The notes under the pieces were generated by a model. That model searched no databases and was not told where the DNA came from. It worked only from the letters and a program-made list of their open reading frames with translations. Positions 8,744 through 17,940 of a DNA stretch of 64,000 nucleotides are shown here, one piece after another. Position 1 is the stretch's first letter. Each line of letters starts with the position of its first letter. The position numbers and the translations under genes were made by a program. Location: the NCBI GenBank assembly GCA_016700315.1, contig CP065013.1, positions 513,449 to 577,448 on the forward strand, in the 5' to 3' direction. This stretch comes from Candidatus Saccharimonadota bacterium (GTDB taxonomy: Bacteria; Patescibacteriota; Saccharimonadia; Saccharimonadales; SZUA-47).

Positions 8744-9357
8744 TGAACCCTGAAGAAAATCAAGCCACTACTCCAGCAACACAAGTAGGTAATGAGGTGG
8801 TAGCCGCGCCAGTATCGGCTGAACCTGTCTCCACCCAAACGCCTGTAGTTGCAAATGCCGATGTAACACCTTCAAGTGCTTCTGCGGTTACACCTCCTTC
8901 ACCGACATCAGACAACTTTACGACACCAACTAGTTTTGCTGAACCGCCTGCGGAGAGTAAGGCTGCAGAAGAACCTATTGTTGCGGGTGAGCAGTCATCT
9001 GCTCAGGCTGCAGTGGCTGCACCCTCAAATTCTGCGACAAGTAGCCCAGTAGCGCCAGTCAGCGCTGCGCCAAGCACCAATCACAAGCACTCGCGCAAAC
9101 TACTTGTGCTAGTCGCCACTATGATTGGCTTGATTCTTGCTGCAGCTGTCGTTTTTGTGTATTTAAAGTCGAATAAAGCCGCAGCACCTGCAACTTCATC
9201 AGCTAAACCAGCGACTACTACTTCTACTACTACTGCGACTAAGGCAACCAGTGTTGATGTAGAAACAGTTGTAAATGACTCACAAAAAGATATTGATGGG
9301 ATTAGTGAAGCAGACTTCGCGGATACAGTTTTGAGTGATACTTCTCTAGGCCTTTAG
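8743..9357 (+). CDS. Pro/Ala/Ser/Thr-rich single-pass membrane protein
   Basis: 204 aa. Its start overlaps the upstream stop (TAATG). The TM helix is LLVLVATMIGLILAAAVVFVYL. Confidence 0.65.
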   Translation: MNPEENQATTPATQVGNEVVAAPVSAEPVSTQTPVVANADVTPSSASAVTPPSPTSDNFTTPTSFAEPPAESKAAEEPIVAGEQSSAQAAVAAPSNSATSSPVAPVSAAPSTNHKHSRKLLVLVATMIGLILAAAVVFVYLKSNKAAAPATSSAKPATTTSTTTATKATSVDVETVVNDSQKDIDGISEADFADTVLSDTSLGL

Positions 9358-9370
9358 GCTTTTGAGCAGA

Positions 9371-10276
9371 TTATTTTCTTTTTGTCTTCGTTCTTGAATT
9401 ACTAGAGTTAGTAGATGTATTAGGAATGTAGGCGAGTGTTATTTGGTTTTCTCGTAGTGCCTTTTTGAGCTCACTTAGGAAACTACTCTTTACTTCTAGT
9501 TGTCGACCACCAAGAGTCTTACCCATAATTTTTACGGATACTCCATAGCCATTGATATCACCAACACGCACATAATGAGGCGCTTCAATCACATCGTGCT
9601 CAAGCTCAGGCAGTGCCGCGATCTTTTTGCCAGTATGATCGATAATTGATTGCAAGCGGTCTAGGTCTGTATCGTCAGCCACTGTGATGTCTAAGTTTAT
9701 CTGACCGTAACCCATGCTCATGTTAGTAGCAACGTTTATTGAGCCATTAGGTACATGATGGACTGCGCCAGATAGATCGCGCAGCACAGTTGTTCTGATT
9801 GTGATATCCTCGACAGTGCCGCTAACACCTTCTAGCTCGACGTAGTCGCCGATACGGTACTGATTTTCGCTGATGATAAAAACGCCGCTTACAAGGTCGT
9901 TGATTAGCTTTTGTGCACCAAAACCAAGTGCTAGGCCAAGTACACCAGCGCTAGCCAAAAATGGCGCGGTATTGATCCCAAGAATGTTGATTACCACTAT
10001 AAACCCCGTTACCCAAACAAAGAACCTCACAAGCCCTGCACCAAGTCCGGCTAGTGTTTTTAGTCTTTTATCACGGTCTTTGGCAGTTTGGTAAAGATCT
10101 TCGCGGATAGTCAGTTTAAGCAGCTTAGTCAAAAACTTTTTGGCGATACTACTAACAAATGCACAGAAAATTATTATCAGTAGGACTTTAATTATGTCGT
10201 CGTAATTTCGGCCAACCCAGTTGGTAAGCTCAGTCCTGAACGTATCAAAATTCTCAAAAATCCACCCGAATCTCAT
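9371..10276 (-). CDS. Small-conductance mechanosensitive channel (MscS family)
   Basis: MscS-like TM3 and beta-domain (GAQKLINDLVSGVFIISENQYRIGDYVE). The start is placed at MRFGW (10276) because the longer ORF overlaps the divergent gene at 10324. Confidence 0.8.
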   Translation of the reverse strand: MRFGWIFENFDTFRTELTNWVGRNYDDIIKVLLIIIFCAFVSSIAKKFLTKLLKLTIREDLYQTAKDRDKRLKTLAGLGAGLVRFFVWVTGFIVVINILGINTAPFLASAGVLGLALGFGAQKLINDLVSGVFIISENQYRIGDYVELEGVSGTVEDITIRTTVLRDLSGAVHHVPNGSINVATNMSMGYGQINLDITVADDTDLDRLQSIIDHTGKKIAALPELEHDVIEAPHYVRVGDINGYGVSVKIMGKTLGGRQLEVKSSFLSELKKALRENQITLAYIPNTSTNSSNSRTKTKRK

Positions 10277-10323
10277 AGTATTAAGTATAAAGTATCGGGT
10301 ATTATGTATAAAGAGGAGAGTTA

Positions 10324-10656
10324 ATGACTTTTGATGAATACCAAGCTTTGGCGCTTCGAACAAATCTAAGAAAAGAAGATCAGTTCAAGGAGTTGATGCA
10401 ACAAGTTTTAGGCCTGGCCGATGAGGCTGGCGAGGTACAAGCTATCTTCAAAAAGTGGATTCGTGATCAGGATGCTGATTTTGCACTTCTGGACAGCGAA
10501 AAAGTCAAAAAAGAGATGGGTGATGTACTCTGGTACATCGCAGTTATTGCTCACGATCTTGGAATTTCTCTAGATGATCTTGCGAAGGCCAACATCGATA
10601 AGTTGGCCAGTCGGTTGGAGCGCGGTAAGCTACAGGGAAGTGGAGATGATCGATGA
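10324..10656 (+). CDS. MazG-like nucleotide pyrophosphohydrolase
   Basis: 110 aa. LGLADEAGEV...EMGDVLWYIAVIAHDLGISL is typical of the all-alpha NTP-PPase fold. Confidence 0.7.
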   Translation: MTFDEYQALALRTNLRKEDQFKELMQQVLGLADEAGEVQAIFKKWIRDQDADFALLDSEKVKKEMGDVLWYIAVIAHDLGISLDDLAKANIDKLASRLERGKLQGSGDDR

Positions 10657-11136
10657 AATTTGAGGATATATACCCGGAGGTAGCCCGGCCATACGTAGCC
10701 GCTTTTGTAATTTTAAGGCGAGGCAGCAAAGTAGCTATGGTCCTCCGCAAAAACACTGGTTGGATGGATGGGCACTATGGTTTACCGGCCGGCAAAGGAG
10801 AATGGTTTGAGCCCTTTACTGACGCTGCTATCCGCGAAGCTAATGAAGAAGTAGGTGTCAAAATCCAAAATCGATCGCAGCCGCATAAGAGTTGTTCATG
10901 TTGTACACCGCCACGGCGAAGATATTGCCTCACAGAAGTTCATGGACTGGATAGATGTATATTTCGAGGCAGACGAATGGGAAGGGGAACCGCATAACGC
11001 CGAGGAGCACAAATCTGAACGTTTAGATTGGTTAGATCTTAACAGTCTACCTGGGAATATAGTCCCGCCCCAACGCGATGCGCTTGAGCACATTGCCAAA
11101 GGTGAGTTTTATAGCGAATATGGCTGGGGAAATTAA
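10653..11136 (+). pseudogene. Nudix hydrolase disrupted by a 7-bp tandem duplication
   Basis: The Nudix box GKGEWFEPFTDAAIREANEEVGV lies in ORF 10653-10997 and the remaining fold in ORF 10855-11136. CAAAATC is repeated twice at 10859-10872. Deleting one copy gives a continuous ORF of about 158 aa (...EEVGVKIDRSRIRVVHVV...). Confidence 0.8.
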
Positions 11137-11867
11137 ATGTCGAATTCTAGAATAAGAGCTTTGTGGTCAGAAACTACTCTGTCGTCCATCTTGAAAGAAG
11201 AAGCGTTAACCAAACTGTTTACAAAAATATAGTCGCATACATCTGTCTGATTGCTCAAAGAAGGTTGGTAGGTACAGTTCAGCTTGCCCTCAGTTGAGAG
11301 GTTACGTAAGAAGTCAAATTCTCGCATTGATGGACTAGTCGGTTTTAGGTTTAAGTCGGCACAAAGCACCGTTGGCCCACTAAGTTTCTTCAAGTACGAT
11401 GCTATTAACTGGTTTTGTAATAGAGTTTTATTGTTTCCATTCTTAGTGCCTTCAACGTACAAACCGTGGGTATTTAGTATATTAACTTTGCCCTCTTTAC
11501 TTTTTAGTACAGCGTGTTGGAGGACTCTTGGTTCAAGTAAATCATCAGTTTTGTCATTTGCGTCCGACACATAAGCCCCATTAGTAAAAACCTCGTGGGT
11601 TTTACTGATAGGCAAGTTTGTAATTATTGCATTACCAAAGCTTAGTTTTCCGTGCATAAAACGGTAGTCGAGTGTGGGCGACATGAACGAATTTTTCATC
11701 CCAGTTAGCTTTTTAATCTCCTCTAGTGTGAAAAGTAAGCTGTAGGTATCAACATCTGAAGAAATAACTTCTTGCATACAGACTATATCTGGCTTCTCCT
11801 CTCGGATAAAATCAACTAAAGGCCACATCAATTTTCCGTACCATATGTTTATCTGAATTATTTTCAC
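11133..11867 (-). CDS. Endonuclease/exonuclease/phosphatase (EEP) family protein
   Basis: 244 aa with VCMQEV near the N-terminus and a C-terminal SDH, as in EEP enzymes. GTG start. Confidence 0.6.
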   Translation of the reverse strand: MKIIQINIWYGKLMWPLVDFIREEKPDIVCMQEVISSDVDTYSLLFTLEEIKKLTGMKNSFMSPTLDYRFMHGKLSFGNAIITNLPISKTHEVFTNGAYVSDANDKTDDLLEPRVLQHAVLKSKEGKVNILNTHGLYVEGTKNGNNKTLLQNQLIASYLKKLSGPTVLCADLNLKPTSPSMREFDFLRNLSTEGKLNCTYQPSLSNQTDVCDYIFVNSLVNASSFKMDDRVVSDHKALILEFDI

Positions 11868-12292
<425 letters not shown>

Positions 12293-13576
12293 CTAGAAAT
12301 TCTTTCTTAGCCACTCATCTAAACTGCCACCACCACCTGCTGATAGGCACAAAACTAAATCGCCGGCTGCTACATGTTCAGCAATTTCAGACTTTAGTTC
12401 ATCGTTCAATTCGGCAGGTTGTTTATCCGTCGGCTGCTTTACTAACTCGCATAGTTTTGTAGGTGTTAGGTCTTCTAGGCTTTCATCTTCACGTGCGCGG
12501 TAACTTGGGACGATGTAAAATTTCTTAGCACCACTAAATAACTCTTTAAGTTCAGCTTTTATAAAATGCTGGCGGGTGTTGTGTAGGCCCTCGTAGACAA
12601 CTACAAAATTTTCTCCGGCCATTTCTTTAGCCATCTGCAGGGCTCCAGCGATTTTTTCTGGTGTGTGGGCGTAGTCAGAGTAGATATTTTCACTAATTTT
12701 CTCAAAACGGCGTGAAACTCCAGGGAAGCAGTTCATGATATCGGCCAACTTTACAAGATCCTCCTCTGGGAAAAGTTCAGCGGCCGCCTGCATAACCAAC
12801 CTTGCGTTGCGTCGATTAACCTCACCAGCCATAGTAAGAGAGGCCAAACCAAGCGGCTGTTCATTCATGCGTATGATGTCGGAATTAAACGGAAGCTGTG
12901 CCTTTGCGGCGTCAATCTCCCAGCAGATTGTAGTAGCTGATTGCGCAACAAATTGACGGAACGCCTCGAAGTATTTTTGCTCTGTTGGGTAGATGTCTGG
13001 GTGGTCGTAGGCGATGCCGGATATCAGTGACAAATGAGGCTGAAAACTCAAAAAGTTTCGGTCGTACTCGTCACATTCGTAGACGAAGTACTGGCTCTGC
13101 GGGTTGTATTCTCCCATCTCGCCGAATGATAGCTTTGCGCCAACCGAGTAGCTGATAGGCTGTCCAAGTTGTTTGAAAAGCCAGACCATCATTGCAGTGG
13201 TTGTAGTTTTGCCGTGCGTACCAGCAATGGCAATGAGCTTGAGAGATTTTTCACTTATAAGCCAGCTCAAAAACTCATCTCTTTTGGTGACTTTAATGCC
13301 GTTTTGCCGTGCCCAAGCAAGTATTGGATGATCTGCTTGTTCTTTTTCGGCGGCGCTGGTAGTAACCACCCAGTCGACTTTGGCTGTGGCGTGGATTTTA
13401 GCCAGATGACTTTCGTCCTTAGCAATCGCCGCGTCTAATAAACCTTGTTCTTGTACATAGTCGAAGTACTTACTCGCTTGTTTGTCAGAACCCGAGACCC
13501 TGTACCCCGACTGGTTAGCGATAATCGCCAGCGGGCCTATACCTGTGCCACCAATCCCAACGAAGTAGATATGCAT
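12293..13576 (-). CDS. Mur ligase family protein (MurC/Mpl-like)
   Basis: N-terminal IYFVGIGGTGIGPLA and the central P-loop GTHGKTTTT. Confidence 0.7.
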   Translation of the reverse strand: MHIYFVGIGGTGIGPLAIIANQSGYRVSGSDKQASKYFDYVQEQGLLDAAIAKDESHLAKIHATAKVDWVVTTSAAEKEQADHPILAWARQNGIKVTKRDEFLSWLISEKSLKLIAIAGTHGKTTTTAMMVWLFKQLGQPISYSVGAKLSFGEMGEYNPQSQYFVYECDEYDRNFLSFQPHLSLISGIAYDHPDIYPTEQKYFEAFRQFVAQSATTICWEIDAAKAQLPFNSDIIRMNEQPLGLASLTMAGEVNRRNARLVMQAAAELFPEEDLVKLADIMNCFPGVSRRFEKISENIYSDYAHTPEKIAGALQMAKEMAGENFVVVYEGLHNTRQHFIKAELKELFSGAKKFYIVPSYRAREDESLEDLTPTKLCELVKQPTDKQPAELNDELKSEIAEHVAAGDLVLCLSAGGGGSLDEWLRKNF

Positions 13577-13636
13577 AGACTAATCATACTCGAAAAAGGG
13601 TGCTAAAATAAGAGTCGAGTTAGGTAAAAACAAAAA

Positions 13637-14863
13637 ATGTTAAGAAAGTTTTTAAAGCGTTTTGTACCACAAACCCATTACTGGCGTAATCTTGGCTTTG
13701 ACGAGCTGGCAGAAATATACGCCAGTCAACTCCTTCGCTCGCTCGCACTCAGCCTGGTAAACGTATTTGTGCCGGTGTATTTGTACTCAATCGGCTATAA
13801 CTTATCGCAGATTTTTCTGTTCTTTTTTAGCTGGTTTGTCGCGCGGCTGTTTTTTACGCCGATGGCTGCTTTTGTGATAGCTAGAATTGGGCCCAAGCAT
13901 AGTATTTTGCTGTCCCAAATTATTCAAATCTTGTATCTTAGCATGCTAATGAGTCTGAAGACTCTAAATTGGTCGCTTTACGGCGTTGCAATGGTAGGTT
14001 CGGCAGCCCTCTCACTGTTTTGGGTGGCTTTTCACACTGATTTGTCGAAGGTGCGACACCCTGACCATGCCGGCAAAGAACTATCTTACGTTAATGTTTT
14101 TGAGAGGGTAGGTGCTATAATCGGACCGCTAGTTGGTGGGCTAATCGCAAACTTTTTTGACCCACGCTACACTATTTTCTTAGCACTTGTTACCATGGTC
14201 TTGTCGTCATTACCGCTTCTCGCCACCAAAGAGCCAGTTAGGCTCAAACAAAAAATTACCTTTCGTGGATTCCCTTACAAAACGAATTTCAGTACTAGTC
14301 TAGCCTCGACGGCTTATGATCTAGACACCCAGTCTTGCCAGATAGTCTGGCCACTTTTTGTGTCTATTGCAGTTTTTGGTGATAATGTTTTTGGTAAATT
14401 AGGCCTGATGACAGCGCTAAGCGTCGCGCTAGGGCTAATTTTTACCCATACTATCGGACGACTGATTGACGACAAAAAGGGCGGGGAACTATTTCGTTTT
14501 AGCGCTCTGTCGAACGCTGCCGTCTATCTTTTCAGGCCTTTTGTTGGCAGTCTCAGCTCGGTTTTTGCAATCAACTTCATCAACGATCCCGTTACAACAG
14601 GTATGCGTATGCCTTATCTAAAAGGCTATCATGATGAGGCCGAGAATCACGAAGGTTATCGAATTGTCTTCTTTGCTGTAAATGAGTTGGTATCGTCGTT
14701 GTTTCGTGCAGTATTTTGGGCAATTTTGTTTCTGCTCAGTCAAAATTTGCCAGCGATAGTTGTTATGAGATGGCATTTTTTGGGCATGAGCGTGTTGGTG
14801 CTACTGATTTTCGCTCAGAAATTCCCCTCATTGAAAAAGGCTAGCAGGGACGAAAATCCTTAG
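13637..14863 (+). CDS. MFS-type transporter
   Basis: 408 aa with about 12 hydrophobic segments. Confidence 0.55.
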   Translation: MLRKFLKRFVPQTHYWRNLGFDELAEIYASQLLRSLALSLVNVFVPVYLYSIGYNLSQIFLFFFSWFVARLFFTPMAAFVIARIGPKHSILLSQIIQILYLSMLMSLKTLNWSLYGVAMVGSAALSLFWVAFHTDLSKVRHPDHAGKELSYVNVFERVGAIIGPLVGGLIANFFDPRYTIFLALVTMVLSSLPLLATKEPVRLKQKITFRGFPYKTNFSTSLASTAYDLDTQSCQIVWPLFVSIAVFGDNVFGKLGLMTALSVALGLIFTHTIGRLIDDKKGGELFRFSALSNAAVYLFRPFVGSLSSVFAINFINDPVTTGMRMPYLKGYHDEAENHEGYRIVFFAVNELVSSLFRAVFWAILFLLSQNLPAIVVMRWHFLGMSVLVLLIFAQKFPSLKKASRDENP

Positions 14864-14869
14864 CAAAAT

Positions 14870-15003
14870 GGTAGTTGGTAGTTGGTAGTTGGCGTAAGTC
14901 TAAACTCGTCCCTAGCTCTTAGCTCCTAGTCCATAGACCCTAGTCCCTAGCTTTTGGCTCAGTACTCACTGAACATGACTCATGTGTCTTGGCTTTCGTT
15001 TCT
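14870..15003. repeat. Heptamer-chain intergenic element (H1)
   Basis: (GGTAGTT)x3 is followed by CCCTAGC TCTTAGC TCCTAGT CCATAGA CCCTAGT CCCTAGC TTTTGGC TCAGTAC TCACTGA ACATGAC TCATGTG TCTTGGC, all in a single 7-nt register. Confidence 0.8.
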
Positions 15004-15097
15004 TCCATAAACCCTTACCCATAGTGTTTCTGCAAAAGCTAAGCCCCCTAACAAGCTAAGTTATTACTTGAATAGGGGGCAATCGACAAGCTTAAAA

Positions 15098-15295
15098 CTA
15101 TTTGCCGCGCTTAACAGTTAGGAAACCGTTACGTGGGTTTTCGTTAACGCTATAGCCTGCTGGTAGGTCGCAAGCTTCTGGGCGTGAATCCTTAGAAAAA
15201 TAATAGATTCTTTGGTTTTTGCCGCCACGTAGCGTAACGTCCTTACAGTTTAGGTGATAAGTAACACCCTTAGAGTTTGTGTGCTTATAAGCCAT
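15098..15295 (-). CDS. Small basic hypothetical protein
   Basis: Start preferred at MAYKHTN (15295); the 15337 ATG sits only 1 nt from its GGAGG. 65 aa. Confidence 0.5.
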   Translation of the reverse strand: MAYKHTNSKGVTYHLNCKDVTLRGGKNQRIYYFSKDSRPEACDLPAGYSVNENPRNGFLTVKRGK

Positions 15296-15510
15296 CTCTC
15301 TTAGTTCCCCTCTTAAATTAGTTTGTAACACCAACATACCTCCTTCTTAAAACACTTGTCAACACTTTTTGTGCTTAAGGTTATAGCACACCTCTGTTGT
15401 AAGGTGTTAAATAGTACTTAATCTTACAACAACTATTGCCCTTGAAGCCGCTTATGCATTACACTAATCTCTGTATAGTAAACAAATAATGTAAGGGGTG
15501 GTTAACACTT

Positions 15511-16170
15511 ATGGATTTTACGCCACGTGGCAATAGGCCTGTGAACCAGGATCAGCCAGTTCAGCAACAAACAATGTCTCAGCCTAACTCATTTAGAGAA
15601 GAAAAAAATATGAAAAAAGGCTTTTCTTTAGATTTTGGGAAACTTGCTAGTGTATTTATGCTGGTTTGTTCCGCATTAGTCGCGGCGGGAGTGATTGGAC
15701 TTCTGGTTTTCGGAAGCGGCAATCGAACAAGTACTGAGGGCAGTAATGTCAATACAGATAAGTACCAAGCAGTTTTCTTAACTGGCGGTCAAGTATACTT
15801 CGGTAAGATTGTTCGGTTTAACAGCTCTTTTGTAGCTCTCAGCGACATATATTACTTGAGGGTTAACCAACAAGTCCAGCCAGGCCAACAACAAACTGCA
15901 AACGACATAAGTTTGACTAAACTAGGAAACGAACTACACGGGCCTGAAGATCTGATGTTCATTAATCGTGACCAGGTTCAGTTTTGGGAAAATCTCAAAG
16001 ACGACGGGCAGGTCGTAAAAGCAATCAAAGCATATATAGCAAACCCAGATGCAGCTACAAGCCAACAGACGAATACTAACAGCACTACACCAACAACGAC
16101 CAACACTACGACTACGACCACACCAACGACAAACAAAACTACTACTACAACACCAACAACAAACAGATAG
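15511..16170 (+). CDS. Membrane-anchored hypothetical protein with a Thr-rich C-terminal tail
   Basis: The TM helix is LASVFMLVCSALVAAGVIGLLVF. The tail is TTPTTTNTTTTTTPTTNKTTTTTPTTN. Confidence 0.6.
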   Translation: MDFTPRGNRPVNQDQPVQQQTMSQPNSFREEKNMKKGFSLDFGKLASVFMLVCSALVAAGVIGLLVFGSGNRTSTEGSNVNTDKYQAVFLTGGQVYFGKIVRFNSSFVALSDIYYLRVNQQVQPGQQQTANDISLTKLGNELHGPEDLMFINRDQVQFWENLKDDGQVVKAIKAYIANPDAATSQQTNTNSTTPTTTNTTTTTTPTTNKTTTTTPTTNR

Positions 16171-16241
16171 ATTTAATTCTTAAGAAATCCCCGCCATGAA
16201 TTTATGGCGGGGATTTAGCTTATCGGCCCAACATTTTATCG

Positions 16242-16841
16242 CTACAGTGATCGGCGAATCTTGCTTCGGTACCACCAGAGAATAATTCCATTGATGAATA
16301 AGGACATGAGCGCTATGCAAAGTGCCAGTAAGCTCCAGCCGGCCACATCTGGTGACCAACGAGGACTTACAAAATCAAACTTATAGAGTCCGTCTGGTAT
16401 ATCTTTGAGAATAACGCCGTGGCTCGAGACATACTCTGTTATACATGGTATCCTGGGGCCACCGAAAAAAGCTCCGGGAAAACGACGCTCACATTCAGCT
16501 TGGGCGTCGCTATAAATTGTTGCACTACTAGCTTGTAGTTTAGCCTGCTCCGCTGCTACCAAACGATCATAGGTACCTTTCAGCTGGATCGGCGGATAAA
16601 CCCCTGTAGGACTGCCGATTGTGGTATTCATATGAGCATAAATAAATTCGCGTAGTCTTGTAAGTGCGGTTTCGACATCTCCGCCAGATTGATCAATCGC
16701 TATCAGTTCATCATAACGCTTCTTAGCCTCCTTGCTATTATTTACCAGAGAACTGATCGTCAACAGTCCGAATAAGGTTGCAAGCAGGCCGCTAACAGCG
16801 AAGGCAATAACTCTCTTCTGTACAATGTCGCGTTTAGCCAT
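16242..16841 (-). CDS. Hypothetical membrane protein with N- and C-terminal TM helices
   Basis: 199 aa. No family recognised. Confidence 0.55.
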   Translation of the reverse strand: MAKRDIVQKRVIAFAVSGLLATLFGLLTISSLVNNSKEAKKRYDELIAIDQSGGDVETALTRLREFIYAHMNTTIGSPTGVYPPIQLKGTYDRLVAAEQAKLQASSATIYSDAQAECERRFPGAFFGGPRIPCITEYVSSHGVILKDIPDGLYKFDFVSPRWSPDVAGWSLLALCIALMSLFINGIILWWYRSKIRRSL

Positions 16842-16895
16842 AAGCTATATTGTACAGAAAAAAAGCCGCTAACCGCTAGAGTTTGTGTAGGTGAG

Positions 16896-17168
16896 AGTCA
16901 ATAGTTAATAGTTTATGGTTTATAGATAAATACTGATGAGTCTTTGCTGTGTACCTCGCACTCCGTACCGCGTACTGTTCAAATAGAGCCAAGAGTCAAG
17001 AGTCATGAGCCAAGAACTAGGGACTAGGGACCAGCAAGTATTACCCCGTACCTCCTACGGACCAGGGTCTAGGATCTAGGGTCTAATTCATACTTGATAC
17101 TATCTTCGTTTATAATTTAGAGCTTAGGGTTTAGAGTTTTCCCCTCGTTCCTCGTTCCTCCAACCTCG
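16896..17168 (+). repeat. Heptamer-chain intergenic element (H2), left arm of an inverted pair
   Basis: About 39 consecutive 7-nt units in one register, for example AGCCAAG AGTCAAG AGTCATG AGCCAAG AACTAGG GACTAGG GACCAGC. Positions 16903-17151 are the reverse complement of 21704-21966. Confidence 0.85.
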
Positions 17169-17187
17169 GCGTGTTAGAATAAAAGTT

Positions 17188-17940
17188 ATGAACATAATCG
17201 AGGTAAAAAATCTTACAAAAGTTTACAGTGGCAAAAAAGCCGTAGACGGCATAAGTTTTAGCGTTAAAAAAGGCGAAGTTTTTGGCATTTTAGGTCCTAA
17301 TGGGGCCGGCAAGACTACAACTCTGGAAATGCTTGAAGCTCTACGAGAAATCGATGGCGGCGAGGCCTTCATCGACGGCATAAACGTTGCGGAAAAACCT
17401 TACGAAATTCGCCGGATTATCGGTGTACAGCCACAAAGTCCGAGCTTCCAAGACAAAACTAAGCTCACAGAACTGCTAGAAATGTTTTCGGCTGCTTACG
17501 GCGAAAAGGTAAACACCAAGAAATTTCTAGATAGCGTTCAGTTGCTGGATAAAAAAGATTCATTCATAGAGAATCTCAGTGGCGGCCAAAAACAACGTTT
17601 CTCAATTGCGGCAGCTCTGGTTCATCGCCCTAAAGTCTTCTTCCTTGATGAGCCAACCACAGGCCTTGATCCTCAGGCGCGGCGCAATCTGTGGGACCTG
17701 ATCCGCGACATCCAAAAGCGCGGCACTACGGTTATACTTACGACGCACTACATGGACGAAGCCGAACTACTTTGCGACCGTATTGCAATCATGGACAACG
17801 GCCGCATTATCAAGCTCGATACACCTAAGAATCTTATCAAACAATTGCTTGGCAAGGGGTTCAAGAAAGAGCAGCACGTAGAACAAGCAAACTTAGAAGA
17901 TGTTTTTATCGATTTAACCGGTAAGGAGCTACGAGTATGA
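17188..17940 (+). CDS. ABC transporter ATP-binding protein (ABC-2 exporter type)
   Basis: Walker A GPNGAGKTT, signature LSGGQKQR, Walker B VFFLDEPTTGLD. Confidence 0.9.
   Translation: MNIIEVKNLTKVYSGKKAVDGISFSVKKGEVFGILGPNGAGKTTTLEMLEALREIDGGEAFIDGINVAEKPYEIRRIIGVQPQSPSFQDKTKLTELLEMFSAAYGEKVNTKKFLDSVQLLDKKDSFIENLSGGQKQRFSIAAALVHRPKVFFLDEPTTGLDPQARRNLWDLIRDIQKRGTTVILTTHYMDEAELLCDRIAIMDNGRIIKLDTPKNLIKQLLGKGFKKEQHVEQANLEDVFIDLTGKELRV

Noticed and set aside
10855-11136. The 93-aa GTG-start ORF treated as an independent gene.
   Set aside because: It is the C-terminal two-thirds of the Nudix fold. It joins the upstream Nudix-box ORF when one CAAAATC copy is removed.
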